Shown here piece by piece: positions 20,360 through 30,882 of a DNA stretch of 64,000 bases. The notes below the pieces were generated by a model, which was not told the origin of the DNA, searched no databases, and worked only from the letters and a program-made list of their open reading frames with translations. The stretch spans positions 672,001 through 736,000 of the forward strand of contig CAWBWI010000001.1 of assembly GCA_963792585.1 (NCBI GenBank). Direction: 5' to 3'. Numbering within the stretch: the stretch's first letter is position 1; the number at the start of each line of letters is the position of its first letter. Position numbers and translations under genes: made by a program. This stretch comes from Candidatus Eiseniibacteriota bacterium. Its GTDB lineage: Bacteria > Eisenbacteria > RBG-16-71-46 > CAIMUX01 > VGJL01.

Positions 20360-21154
20360 ATGACCGCTGGAATCACTCTGGTCCGGGAGGGAGACGTCGC
20401 GCGCGTCCGGCTGACGCGCGCGGATCGCCGCAACGCGCTCGACGAAGCGATGATCGCAGGTCTCCGCGAGGCATTCGCATCGATCGAATCCGGCCCGGAT
20501 GTGCGCGTGGTCGTGATCGAGGGGGAGGGCGAGGCCTTCTGTGCGGGGGCTGACCTTGCGTGGATGCAGCGGATCGGGGAGGCGGATCGGGAGACCAACC
20601 GCCTCGACGCGCTGAACATCTCGGCGATGTTCCGTGGCGTCGCCGACTGCCCCTTTCCCGTGCTGGCCCGCGTGCATGGCGCCGCGCTGGGCGGTGGGGC
20701 CGGGCTCGCGGCGGCCGCGGACATCGCCGTTGCCGATTCCAAGGCGGTATTCGGTTTCACGGAGGTCCGCCTCGGGATCGTCCCCGCCGTGATCTCCCCG
20801 TTCGTCCTGCGAAAGGTGGGAGCGGGGGATGCGCGACGGTATTTCCTCACCGGAGAACGATTCTCCGCCGCCGAGGCGCTGCGGATCGGGCTCGTGCAGG
20901 TCACCGCGGAGCCCGACGCGCTCGACGCGACCGTCGATCGGCTCATTGGAGAACTGCTGGCCGGTGGACCCGTGGCGCAACGAGAGGTCAAATCGCTCAT
21001 CGAGCGATTACGCGGGACGAAGGAGGAGGAGCAATCGGCGCTGACCGCCGACCTCATCGCCCGCCTCCGCGCCTCGGATGAGGGCCGGGAGGGGATGCGC
21101 GCCTTCCTCGAGCGCCGGGCGCCGTCGTGGGCGCCTCGGAAGGAGGGTCGATGA
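20360..21154 (+). CDS. liuC: enoyl-CoA hydratase (methylglutaconyl-CoA hydratase-like)
   Basis: AFCAGADL, GGGAGL, EVRLGIVPAVISP; context between MCC subunits. Confidence 0.82.
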   Translation: MTAGITLVREGDVARVRLTRADRRNALDEAMIAGLREAFASIESGPDVRVVVIEGEGEAFCAGADLAWMQRIGEADRETNRLDALNISAMFRGVADCPFPVLARVHGAALGGGAGLAAAADIAVADSKAVFGFTEVRLGIVPAVISPFVLRKVGAGDARRYFLTGERFSAAEALRIGLVQVTAEPDALDATVDRLIGELLAGGPVAQREVKSLIERLRGTKEEEQSALTADLIARLRASDEGREGMRAFLERRAPSWAPRKEGR

Positions 21155-22650
21155 TCCGGCGACTCCTCGTAGCGAATCGTGGTGAGATCGCCGTGCGCGT
21201 GATCCGGGGGGCGCGCGAGCTTGGGATCGAGACCGTCGCGGTCTATTCCGAAGCCGATCGGCAAGCGCTGCACGTGCGGACCGCCGATCGCGCGGTCGCG
21301 ATCGGCCCGCCGCCGGCGCGCGACAGCTACCTGAACATCGAGGCCGTGCTGGGGGCCGCGCGCACGACCGGGTGCGACGCGCTGCATCCCGGCTACGGCT
21401 TCCTGGCTGAGTCGGCGGATTTCGCGGAAGCCTGCGCGGCCGCAGGGCTGATCTTCGTCGGTCCGCCGGCGGAGGCGATGCGGGCGCTGGGAGACAAGAA
21501 GAGAGCCCGTGCGCTTGCCGAGAAGGCGGGTTTGCCCGTTGTGCCCGGCTACTCGGGGGCGACGGACGATGTCAAGACGCTGACCGAGCGTGCCCTCGCC
21601 GTGGGCTTTCCCCTGCTCGTCAAGGCGTCCGCCGGAGGCGGCGGCAAGGGAATGCGCAAGGTCGACCGAGTCGAGGATCTTCCGGACGCCCTCGCCTCGG
21701 CGCGGCGTGAGGCGGAGGCGGCCTTCGGGGACGGGATGCTCCTGCTCGAACGCTATCTCGATCCGGTTCGCCACGTGGAGATCCAGATCATTGCCGATGC
21801 GCAGGGAAACGTCGTCTCCTTCGGGGAGAGGGACTGCTCCCTGCAGCGACGGCATCAGAAGATCGTCGAAGAGGCGCCCTCTCCGGCCGTCGGCCACGAA
21901 CTTCGTATGCGGATGGGGGAAGCGGCGGTCGCGCTCGCTCGAACCGCCGGGTATCGCTCGGCCGGAACGGTCGAATTCATGCTCGATGGCGACGGGCATT
22001 TCTACTTCCTGGAGGTGAACACCCGCCTGCAGGTGGAGCATCCCGTCACGGAGCTGATCACGGGATACGATCTCGTGCAGATGATGTTGCGCGAGGCGGT
22101 GGGGGAACCGCTGCGGGTCCACAAGCGCCAGATTGCTCCGCGCGGACACGCGATCGAGGCGCGCATCTACGCCGAGGATCCGGAGAACGGCTTTCTCCCC
22201 TCACCAGGGCCGATCCTCTTCGCGCGGATGCCGGCCGGGCCGGGAATCCGCGTCGATGCGGGCATTGCCACGGGGTGCGAGGTCAGCGTGCACTACGATC
22301 CGATCCTGGCGAAGGTCGTCGCGCATCACGAGGACCGGGAGGGCGCGATCCGGCGACTTCGACGCGCGCTCGCGGAGACGATCATCTTGGGGGTCCGCAC
22401 CAACCTCCCGTTCCTGCAGGCCGTTCTCGCGCACCCGGAATTCGAAAGGGGCGCGGCGAATACCCGCACGGTCGAGCGTTCGTTCGGAGGCTGGCAAGCT
22501 ATGACGGCTCCGCCCCCCCCGGTCGTGCTCGCTGCGGCTGCTTTCACGGAGATGACCGGCTCCAAGCGGACCCCGGGGAGAACGCCCGGGGAAGCGGCCG
22601 CGTACTCGCCGTGGAACGGGCCGGAGTTTCGTATCGGAGAGTCGGCATGA
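21151..22650 (+). CDS. liuD: biotin carboxylase subunit of methylcrotonyl-CoA carboxylase
   Basis: LVANRGEIA, HPGYGFLAE, GGGGKGMR, ERDCSLQRRHQK, EVNTRLQVEHPVTE. Confidence 0.88.
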   Translation: MIRRLLVANRGEIAVRVIRGARELGIETVAVYSEADRQALHVRTADRAVAIGPPPARDSYLNIEAVLGAARTTGCDALHPGYGFLAESADFAEACAAAGLIFVGPPAEAMRALGDKKRARALAEKAGLPVVPGYSGATDDVKTLTERALAVGFPLLVKASAGGGGKGMRKVDRVEDLPDALASARREAEAAFGDGMLLLERYLDPVRHVEIQIIADAQGNVVSFGERDCSLQRRHQKIVEEAPSPAVGHELRMRMGEAAVALARTAGYRSAGTVEFMLDGDGHFYFLEVNTRLQVEHPVTELITGYDLVQMMLREAVGEPLRVHKRQIAPRGHAIEARIYAEDPENGFLPSPGPILFARMPAGPGIRVDAGIATGCEVSVHYDPILAKVVAHHEDREGAIRRLRRALAETIILGVRTNLPFLQAVLAHPEFERGAANTRTVERSFGGWQAMTAPPPPVVLAAAAFTEMTGSKRTPGRTPGEAAAYSPWNGPEFRIGESA

Positions 22651-23159
22651 GAATCGATCGCACCTATGGTTGGGGATGGGGGGACGTGACGATCGAGGCT
22701 TCCTGCGAGGGGCGCGAACTCCTGCTCCGGGTCGACGGAGCGGAGCATTCTTTCTCGATCGATGAGCCGGAAGCCTGCGTCCAGTTTCTCCGTTCCGAAT
22801 CGGGGACCGATTCGATCGCCGCGGTTGATCGTGACGGCAAGATCTGGATCCACCACCTGGGGCAAACCTACTGTCTCGAAGCGCGGAGTCAGAAGCGCCG
22901 AAGCGCGGGTGTGGCCGCCGGTCGTCTCGGGCCGATCGAGTCTCCCATGACCGGGACGGTGCGGCGCGTCCTGGCCGCAAAGGGACAATCGGTCGCGCAG
23001 GGGGAACCGCTCGTCGTCCTGGAGGCGATGAAGATGGAACTCAGCGTGCGCGCCCCCGTGGCCGGCCGGGTCGGGTCGGTCATGGCCAGCGAGGGAGAAC
23101 GCGTAGAGCAGGGAAGCGTTCTCCTCGTGCTCCTGCCTCTCACGGAGGATGGGGCGTGA
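22647..23159 (+). CDS. biotin carboxyl carrier protein
   Basis: EAMKM biotinylation motif; ATGA overlap with the preceding stop codon. Confidence 0.88.
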   Translation: MRIDRTYGWGWGDVTIEASCEGRELLLRVDGAEHSFSIDEPEACVQFLRSESGTDSIAAVDRDGKIWIHHLGQTYCLEARSQKRRSAGVAAGRLGPIESPMTGTVRRVLAAKGQSVAQGEPLVVLEAMKMELSVRAPVAGRVGSVMASEGERVEQGSVLLVLLPLTEDGA

Positions 23160-24063
23160 CCCGCGCGACCCCCGATCGCGTTCGCATCGTCGAGGTCGGC
23201 CCTCGGGACGGCCTCCAGAACGAGTATGGGACGGTCCCCGTCGAGATTCGCGTGCGCTTCATCGAGCAGCTGGTGGCGGCGGGACTGACGGAGATCGAGG
23301 TCGGCAGCTTCGTTCGCCCCAGTGGGTGCCGCAGATGGCCGATACCGATGATGTGGTCCGTAGGCTCCCGCCCGCGCCCGGGGTCACCTATTCCGCGCTC
23401 GTCCCCAACGAGAAGGGCATGCTGCGCGCGATGGCCTCCGGGCTCCGATCGGTCGCGGTCTTCACGGCCGCAAGCGAGACCTTCAACCTCAAGAACACCA
23501 ACGCCGATTGCAAGTCGCTCGAACGATTCCGGCCCGTCCTGGACCTTGCTCGTGGCGAACGGATCCACGTGCGCGGGTACGTGTCGACGGCCTTCGCCTG
23601 CCCCTACGAGGGACCGATTCCGCCCGCGCAGGCCGTCGAGGTGTCCCAGCGTCTGTTCGAGATGGGCGTGGACGAGGTGTCGGTCGGCGACACGATCGGC
23701 ATGGCCACGCCGCGCGACGTGCGGGCGTTCATCGCCGCCGCGGATGGGACCCTGGATCCGGCGAAACTCGCCTTCCACTTCCACGACACCCGAGGAATCG
23801 CTCTCGCCAACGTACTGACCGCCATCGAGGATGGGTTCGCGATCTTCGACGCATCGGCCGGAGGACTCGGAGGGTGCCCCTACGCGCCGGGGGCGAGCGG
23901 CAATCTCGCGACCGAGGATCTTGTCTACATGCTCGCCGGGATGGGGATCGCGACGGGGGTGGACCTGAACCTACTCGCCGCGGCCTCGAGCACGATCGAG
24001 CGCTCCCTGGATCACCCCCTTCCCTCCAAGGCGTACCGCGCCCTGCGCGCGTGCCAAGCCTGA
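23156..24063 (+). CDS. liuE: hydroxymethylglutaryl-CoA lyase (frameshift near 23318)
   Basis: EVGPRDGLQNE in one frame; HFHDTRG and GGLGGCPYAPGASGNLATED in another. Confidence 0.88.
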
Positions 24064-24073
24064 GTCCCATGCG

Positions 24074-24102
24074 TTGCAGAGATCAAAGAAATGGGCTATT
24101 CT
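24074..24102 (+). promoter_or_regulatory. putative sigma70 promoter of dnaJ
   Basis: TTGCAG-N17-TATTCT in an AT-richer spacer; no CIRCE seen. Confidence 0.55.
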
Positions 24103-24156
24103 CAGACGATTGTGCCCGTCGGGAGGCCCGGCAGGCGTCTCAAGGAGGTTCTCTAG

Positions 24157-25310
24157 TTGGCGAAGCGCGACTTCTATGAAGTCCTCGGGGTCGAACGGGA
24201 ACCGACGCCCGACGCGATAAAGAAGGCCTACCGCAAGCTGGCCATCCAGCACCACCCGGACAGCAATCCCGGCGACAAGACCGCCGAGGAGACGTTCAAG
24301 GAGGTGACGGAGGCCTACGAAGTCCTCTCCGACGAACAGAAGCGCTCCGCCTACGACCAGTACGGCCACGCGGGGGTCGACCCGAGCTATTCGGGAGGCG
24401 GCCCCGGGCCCGGGGGGTTCGGATTCGACCTGTCCGACGCCCTGCGCGCCTTCATGCGGGAGTTCGGCTGGTTCGGCTCGAGGTTCGAAGGGGACGACGG
24501 CTTCGGGCGATCGCGTGAGAGCCGCGGAGCCGACATCCAGGTAAGGGTCCGCCTGACCCTCGAGGAGATCGCCGAAGGCGTCGAGAAGAAGATCCGCTTG
24601 AAGAAGGCGGTCGTCTGCTCCCACTGCAAGGGCAAGGGGGCGGAGCCCGGCAGTTCGGTCATCACATGCACCCAGTGTGAGGGCCAGGGGCAAGTCCGTC
24701 AGGTCCAGCGTTCCTTCTTCGGTCAGATCGTCAACGTGACGACCTGTCCGCGTTGCCGCGGCGAAGGAGAGATCGTCCGCAACCCGTGCAAGCCGTGCGG
24801 TGGTGAAGGGAAGGTCGAAGGGAGCGAGACCGTGGCGGTCAAGATCCCCGCGGGAGTCATGGAAGGCAACTACATGACGCTCCGCGGCCACGGCCACATC
24901 GGCTACCGGGGCGCGTCGCCCGGGGATCTGATCGTCGTCATCGAGGAGAAGCCCCACGAGATCTTCGAACGGCACGGCGAGATATCCTGACGCGGATCAC
25001 GATCACGCCCGCGATGGCGGCCCTCGGCACGAAGGTGGACGTTCCGACGCTCACCGGGCGGGCCATCGTGGAGATCCCTCACTCGATTCAGGCGGGAAAG
25101 GTCCTGCGCCTTCGCGGCAAGGGGACTGAAGTCTCTGCGCGGTTCCGAGCAGGGCGATGAGCTGATCCGGGTCGAGATCCGGGTACCGGAGAAGCTCTCC
25201 GGCCAGGAGCGCGAGCTGTACGAGGAGCTGCCGCCGGCTCGAGGGCGATCATCCCGCCGAAGGCGGAGCGGGGGTTCTTCGAGCGGGTTCGGGATGCATT
25301 CTCGGGCTGA
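24157..25310 (+). CDS. dnaJ: chaperone DnaJ (several frameshifts after 24980)
   Basis: J-domain HPD, four CxxCxGxG repeats; C-terminal domain continues in other frames to ...GFFERVRDAFSG*. Confidence 0.92.
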
Positions 25311-25314
25311 GACG

Positions 25315-26062
25315 ATGGCGCGGGATCCCCATCCATTCCTCGTCGCCCCCGGATCGCTTCGACGCCCGACGGCCGGGTGCGTTTCCCGGCCGACGAGGCG
25401 CATCACGCCCGACGCGTCGTGCGCCTCGGATCCGGAGACGAGTGTCGGGTCGTCGATGGTCGCGGCGGGCTCTTTCGGGTCCGTCTGGAGGAGGACGCGA
25501 GCGAACTCGTCCGGCGGATCCTCGAGACGTCGCGGGAAGCGCGCGGCGAGCCGCTCGCGGTGCTGGGGTTTCCGGTCCTGCGGCAGCACGCGCGCGCGGA
25601 CTGGCTGATCGAGAAAGCGGTCGAGGTCGGGATCGATCGTCTCATACCGGTCGCGTGGGAACGAATCGATAAAGGGCGCGACGGCGGATCAACGGCGCCG
25701 GTGGGAGCGGATCGCGCGCGAGGCGATGAAGCAGTCGGAGCGCGGGTGGCTCCCGGGCATCGGTCCGAGAGGCGACCCCGAGCGAGCTGCCTCGGGACCA
25801 GCGGATGGTCCTCGCAGACCCTGAAGGGGAAGCGGATTTGCCCGATCTGACGGAGGCCTCCTCGGTGATGCTCTTGGTCGGTCCGGAGGGCGGGCTGACC
25901 GATGACGAGAAGCGGATGATGATCGAACGCGGTTGCGCGCTCTGGTCGTTGGGCCCGACACGCCTGAGGGCGGAGACCGCTGCCGTTGTTGGATCGCACA
26001 GACTCACCTGCGCCGCGCGCGCGTCGCGGGCACGGACGAGACCCGTGGAAGGGGGACGTTGA
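25315..26062 (+). CDS. rsmE: 16S rRNA m3U1498 methyltransferase (frameshifted)
   Basis: HHARRVVRL, WLIEKAVEVG, EAMKQS, LLVGPEGGL...LGPTRLRAETA across frames; follows dnaJ. Confidence 0.85.
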
Positions 26063-26066
26063 GACC

Positions 26067-27578
26067 ATGTCATTGACCGAGGAACAGGTTCGCCTCCTGA
26101 AGACACTGGCGGCCCTTCCCGACGGAGAACGGGTGGACGCGCTGGCCGCACGGCTGGAGATCGACCAGGCGCGGGTATCGGCCGCTTCCGTCCAGCTTCG
26201 GGATGCGGGATTCGTGCGGATCGAGGAGGAGCCGTTCCGCGAGCTGGCCATCCGGCCGGATGGGCGACGCTCCGCCAGCGAGGGGTTCCCCGAACGACGG
26301 GTCCTTCGAGCGTTGATCGCAGGTGGAGGAGCCCTTTCTATGGCCGATGCCGCCGCGAAGAGCGGACTCGAGGCCAAGGAGGTCGGGGGCAGCCTGCGTT
26401 GGCTGACAGGTCGTGGCTGGGCGCGGAAGGACGGCTCTCTCCTGCACGCCCTCGTTTCGGAGCCGGAGCCTTGCGCCGATGAGCGGCTCATCGCGGAACT
26501 CGATCGGCGCGAGAAGGCGCCGGAAGCCGACCTTCGCGCCGCCGGCCTTCCCGTTGACGAGGCGATCGAGTTGCTCAAGGGGCGCGCGAGCTGGTGCGAG
26601 GTGCGCGAAAAGGTCCATCGCCGCGTCGTCCTCGAAGAGGCGGGCAGGAAGATGGCCTCGGCCGATCTGAGGGCGACGACCGAGGTAACTCAGTTGACGC
26701 CGGAACTGATCGCCTCGGGTCGTTGGCGCGAGGTGAGCGTGCGGGCCTACGACGTCCGACTCGCGACCGACCCGATCCACCCGGGAAAGCGCCACCCGTT
26801 GCAGCGGATCCTCGACGAGACTCGTCACAATTTCCTGGAGATGGGTTTTCAGGAGACGATCTCGCCGGTTGCGGAATCGGCCTTCTGGGATTTCGACGCC
26901 CTCTTCCAGCCGCAGGACCATCCCGCGCGGGAGATGCAGGACACCTTCTACCTCGCAGCCCCCGCCACGGCCGCATTGCCGTCGGACGCCAAGCTGGTCG
27001 ATGCCGTGCGGCGCGCGCACGAGGACGGGGGAGACACCGGATCGATCGGCTGGCAATACCGATGGGACGCGGATCGCGCGCGCCGGATGGTCCTGCGCAC
27101 GCATACGACCGCGACGACGATCCGATCGCTGGCTGCCGATCCCATCGGTCCGCGGCGCGTCTTCTCCGTCGGCAGGGTCTTCCGCAGCGAGACGATCGAC
27201 TACAAGCACCTGCCGGTGTTCCACCAGGTGGACGGGATCGTCATCGACGCGGATGCGTCCTTCGCGACGCTGCTGGGCACGCTCGCGGCGTTCTATCGGA
27301 AGATGGGCTTCGAGCAGTTGCAGTTCCGGCCGGCCTTCTTCCCGTACACCGAGCCGAGCGTGGAGGTCTACATTGGTTCGAAAGAGGAAGGATGGGTGGA
27401 GATGGGGGGGGCGGGCATCTTCCGCCCCGAGGTGACGGAGCCGCTGGGCTGCAAGCAGCCGGTGCTCGCCTGGGGCCTCGGCCTCGAGCGCTCGCCATGC
27501 TGCGCTACGACCTCTCGGACATCCGCGAACTCTACCGCCCGACACGGAGTGGTTGAAGGGGTGCCGCTATGCCGGTGA
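26067..27578 (+). CDS. pheS: phenylalanine--tRNA ligase alpha subunit, archaeal/eukaryotic type
   Basis: About 500 aa with long N-terminal extension; FDALFQPQDHPAREMQDTFY, LRTHTT, FPYTEPS, WGLGLER; small frameshifts near the C-terminus. Confidence 0.93.
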   Translation: MSLTEEQVRLLKTLAALPDGERVDALAARLEIDQARVSAASVQLRDAGFVRIEEEPFRELAIRPDGRRSASEGFPERRVLRALIAGGGALSMADAAAKSGLEAKEVGGSLRWLTGRGWARKDGSLLHALVSEPEPCADERLIAELDRREKAPEADLRAAGLPVDEAIELLKGRASWCEVREKVHRRVVLEEAGRKMASADLRATTEVTQLTPELIASGRWREVSVRAYDVRLATDPIHPGKRHPLQRILDETRHNFLEMGFQETISPVAESAFWDFDALFQPQDHPAREMQDTFYLAAPATAALPSDAKLVDAVRRAHEDGGDTGSIGWQYRWDADRARRMVLRTHTTATTIRSLAADPIGPRRVFSVGRVFRSETIDYKHLPVFHQVDGIVIDADASFATLLGTLAAFYRKMGFEQLQFRPAFFPYTEPSVEVYIGSKEEGWVEMGGAGIFRPEVTEPLGCKQPVLAWGLGLERSPCCATTSRTSANSTARHGVVEGVPLCR

Positions 27579-29445
27579 TCGGAATCCCGCTCGATCTTCT
27601 GCGCAAGCGGCTCGGCGCCGACCTGCCGGGGGAGCGCCTCCTGCGCGTGCTGGAGCAGATCGGCTGCGACGTGGAAGGCTTCGCGCGCCTGAAGCGGACG
27701 CGTTGCCGCTCGTGCGGCTGGATCGAAGAGCGGACCGAGACCGAAGAGTCTCCGGCCCGTTGCGATCGCTGCGACGCGGACCACCGGCAGGATCCCGCCA
27801 GCATCGAGGATCTCGCCGACCTCGAGGTCGTCCGGATGGAACTCCTGGCCGTTCGGCCCGACATGTTCGATCCGGGCGGACTCGCCCGCGCGCTTCGCGG
27901 CTATCTCGAGCTCGAGACGGGGCCCGTCGGCTACGACGTGGGTCCCGCCGCGGCGCGTGTGCGGGTCGACCGAGCGTTCGCGATGCGCGATCCTCTCGGC
28001 CGTTCATCGCGTGCGCGGTGATCGAGGGCGCGCGGCTCGACGGCGACCTGGTCAAGGTCGTCATGAAGCTGCAGGAGAACCTCCACTGGGCGCTCGGCCG
28101 CGATCGCAAGCTCGCGTCGATCGGCGTCTACGATTTCGACACGATCGCGGCCGACCTCGAGTACTCCACGGAAGACCCGGATCAAGGCCGTTTCGTGCCG
28201 CTGGGAGCGACGGACGGGCAGGCGCGCACGTTGCGGGAGATCCTGGAGGAGCATCCGAAGGGTCGGGCCTACAAACACCTGCTGGAGAGCTTCGCGCGCT
28301 ATCCGATCCTGCGCGACTCTCGGGGGCAGGTGCTCTCGATGCCGCCGATCATCAACAGCGAGGAGACGAAGGTCCATCTGGGGAGCACGAGGCTCTTCAT
28401 CGACGTCACCGGCACCGGTGAGCGGATCGTTCAGCGGGCGCTGAACATCCTCGTCACGTCCCTCATGGAGAATCTGCCGGGCGTCAAGGCCCGCGCGGTC
28501 TCCATCGACGGCGCGAGCACGGAGGATGGGAAGGCGGGGCGTCCGGCGACCCTCTCCACGCCCGACCTCTCGCCCCAGAAGGCCCAGGTTCATGTCGAGG
28601 CCGCGTCGCGTCTGATCGGCGTTCCCATGACGACGGAGCAGGCGGCGAAGCTACTGGAGCGGATGCGCCATGGGGTGCGCACCGCCGGCACGGACCTGCT
28701 CGAGGTCGCGGTGCCTGCCTATCGAAATGACATCCTCCACGAGCGCGATCTGATGGAGGACCTCGCCATCGCCTATGGATACCACCGGATCGTCCCGGAG
28801 CTGCTCCCCGCGCGAACGGTGGGACGGGCCCTCCCGCTGGAGAATCTCACGGGGAACGTTCGCGACACGCTCTGCGGTCTCGGGTTCCACGAGGTGATGA
28901 CCCTGGTGCTCACCAACGACGAGGAGAGCGACCTGGCGCTCGGCAGGAACGTCGATGGCCGGGCCGTGCGGATCGAGAACCCGATCTCCGGAGAGCAAAC
29001 GCGGTTGCGGACCCGACTCATTCCCGGGCTCCTGCAAGTGTTCCGTCACAACCTCCACCAGCCGCTGCCGCAGCGGATCTTCGAGGTCGGGGACGTGACC
29101 TGGCTCGACCCCGAGGCCGAGACGGAAGCGGTCGAGCAACGGATGATCAGCTTCGCTCTGATCTCACCCAAGGCCGGATTCACCGACGCCCGGGCGCTGG
29201 CGGAGGCGATCGTGCGGGAGTTCGGCGTTGCGATCGACTGGGAGCCGGCGCAGGAAGCGCCTTTCCTGACGGGACGCTGCGCTCGGATCCGCACAACGGC
29301 GGGGGACCCGATCGGAATCCTCGGGGAGATTGACCCGGAGGTGCTCGAACGGCTCGGCCTCGAGAACCCCGTGGCGACGGGGGAACTCTGGCTCGAAGGC
29401 CTGGCGGGTCGCCCGCCGCGCCTCCAGTTCTCTCTCGACGATTGA
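27569..29445 (+). CDS. pheT: phenylalanine--tRNA ligase beta subunit, archaeal type (frameshift near 27990)
   Basis: RPDMF..GGLARALRGYL, LQENLHWALGRDRK, SMPPIINSE, YRNDILHERDLMEDLAIAYGY; short, no OB or ferredoxin-fold anticodon domain apparent. Confidence 0.9.
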
Positions 29446-29447
29446 GC

Positions 29448-30836
29448 ATGCGCGTCACCGCGGCCCTGGCGCTTCTCTTCTTCGCCGCGACCGGCGCGGG
29501 CGCGACGCCGGCGGGTCTCTCGGCCGAGCTGGCGGGCAAGGGCGCGCCGGCGGGCGTGGCCGTGAGCATCTGCTTCGCGCCGATTTGCGGAGATGGTCCG
29601 CGCGTCTCGCTGGATGCGGAACGGCCCCTGCCGCCGGCAAGCGTCCAGAAGATCGTCACGTCGGCGGCCGTCCTCGATCTCCTGGGACCGGATCACACCT
29701 TCGAGACCCGCGTGCGCGCGGACGGCTCGATCCAGGGGCCTCGCATGGATGGAAACCTCTATCTGGAGGGGGACGGGGATCCTTTCCTGGTCTCCGAGCG
29801 GCTCTGGCTGCTCGCCCAGGACCTCGCGGCGACGGGACTTCGCGAGGTCGGCGGCTCCCTCATCGTCAACGCGAGAAGGGTCGCGGACCTCGACTCGATC
29901 CGCATCGCCGAACGCACCGATAGCCCCTATGCGTCGCCCGTCTCGCGACTCGGGGTCAACTTCAACAATCTCTGTTTTCTCGTGCGTCCTGCCCCGCGGG
30001 CTGGGGCGCCCGCCTTCGTCGCCTGCGATCCGTATCCCGTTGCAGGGGTCTCGATCGACAACCAGGTCCGCACAGGGGCGGCGGCTCCCATCGAGATGAC
30101 CCGATCCTCATGGAAGGGAGCGGAACGGTGGACGGTGCGGGGCTCGGTTCCCCCCGACGCGACGCCCGAGCGCATTTATCGCGCGGCCGCGGATCCCGCC
30201 CGCCTCGCAGGGAGCGTTCTGATGGGCCTCATGAAGGAGACCGGCATTGTCGTGCGCACGGTCGCCGCGGGGGCCGCGCCCAAGAGCGCGCCGGTCGTCG
30301 CCCGTCTCTCTTCGTTGCCTCTGGGCGAGTTGGTGCGGAGCATGAACGGCTACAGCAACAACTTCATGGCCGACCTCCTGCTCGCCGACATCGGCGAGGG
30401 AAGCGCGCGCGTTGGGGCGGAACGCGTCCGCGGGTGGCTCGCGCAGAGCGTTGGTTTGCGGTCCCTTCCGGAGATCCGGGACGGAAGCGGCCTCTCCGGC
30501 GCGAATCGGATCTCCGCCGCGCAGATCGTCGGGGTTCTGGAATGGGCCTCCCGAAGCGAGCGGGTCTTCCCGGACCTGTACGCTTCCCTGCCCCGGCCGC
30601 ACGGTTCCGGGACCCTCGAGAAGCGCTTCCGCGACGCGAGCGCTCCCGCGGTGCGCGCCAAGACGGGCACGCTCGGGGATCGGGGGGTATCGAGCATCGC
30701 AGGCTACATCGACACCGCCGCGGGGGAGCGCTATGCCTTCTGCATCATCCAGCAGGCATCGCCCGAGTCGGGAGTCAAGGTCGCCGACCTGCGCGCCCGT
30801 GAGGAGGCCTGGCTCCGCCTCTTCGTGGCACCTTGA
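29448..30836 (+). CDS. dacB: D-alanyl-D-alanine carboxypeptidase/endopeptidase (PBP4, S13)
   Basis: Signal peptide; SxxK (ASVQK), SNN, DGSGLS, KTGTL. Confidence 0.9.
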   Translation: MRVTAALALLFFAATGAGATPAGLSAELAGKGAPAGVAVSICFAPICGDGPRVSLDAERPLPPASVQKIVTSAAVLDLLGPDHTFETRVRADGSIQGPRMDGNLYLEGDGDPFLVSERLWLLAQDLAATGLREVGGSLIVNARRVADLDSIRIAERTDSPYASPVSRLGVNFNNLCFLVRPAPRAGAPAFVACDPYPVAGVSIDNQVRTGAAAPIEMTRSSWKGAERWTVRGSVPPDATPERIYRAAADPARLAGSVLMGLMKETGIVVRTVAAGAAPKSAPVVARLSSLPLGELVRSMNGYSNNFMADLLLADIGEGSARVGAERVRGWLAQSVGLRSLPEIRDGSGLSGANRISAAQIVGVLEWASRSERVFPDLYASLPRPHGSGTLEKRFRDASAPAVRAKTGTLGDRGVSSIAGYIDTAAGERYAFCIIQQASPESGVKVADLRAREEAWLRLFVAP

Positions 30837-30882
30837 GAAGCGCCGAGAACGGTATCCCGGCTCCGATGTCGGGGTCGCACGA

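Noticed and set aside
24980..24990. TGA ending the dnaJ ORF (and TGA at 53719-53721 in the nucleotidase) as selenocysteine codons
   Set aside because: Homology continues in a different frame, not through the TGA; these are frameshifts.
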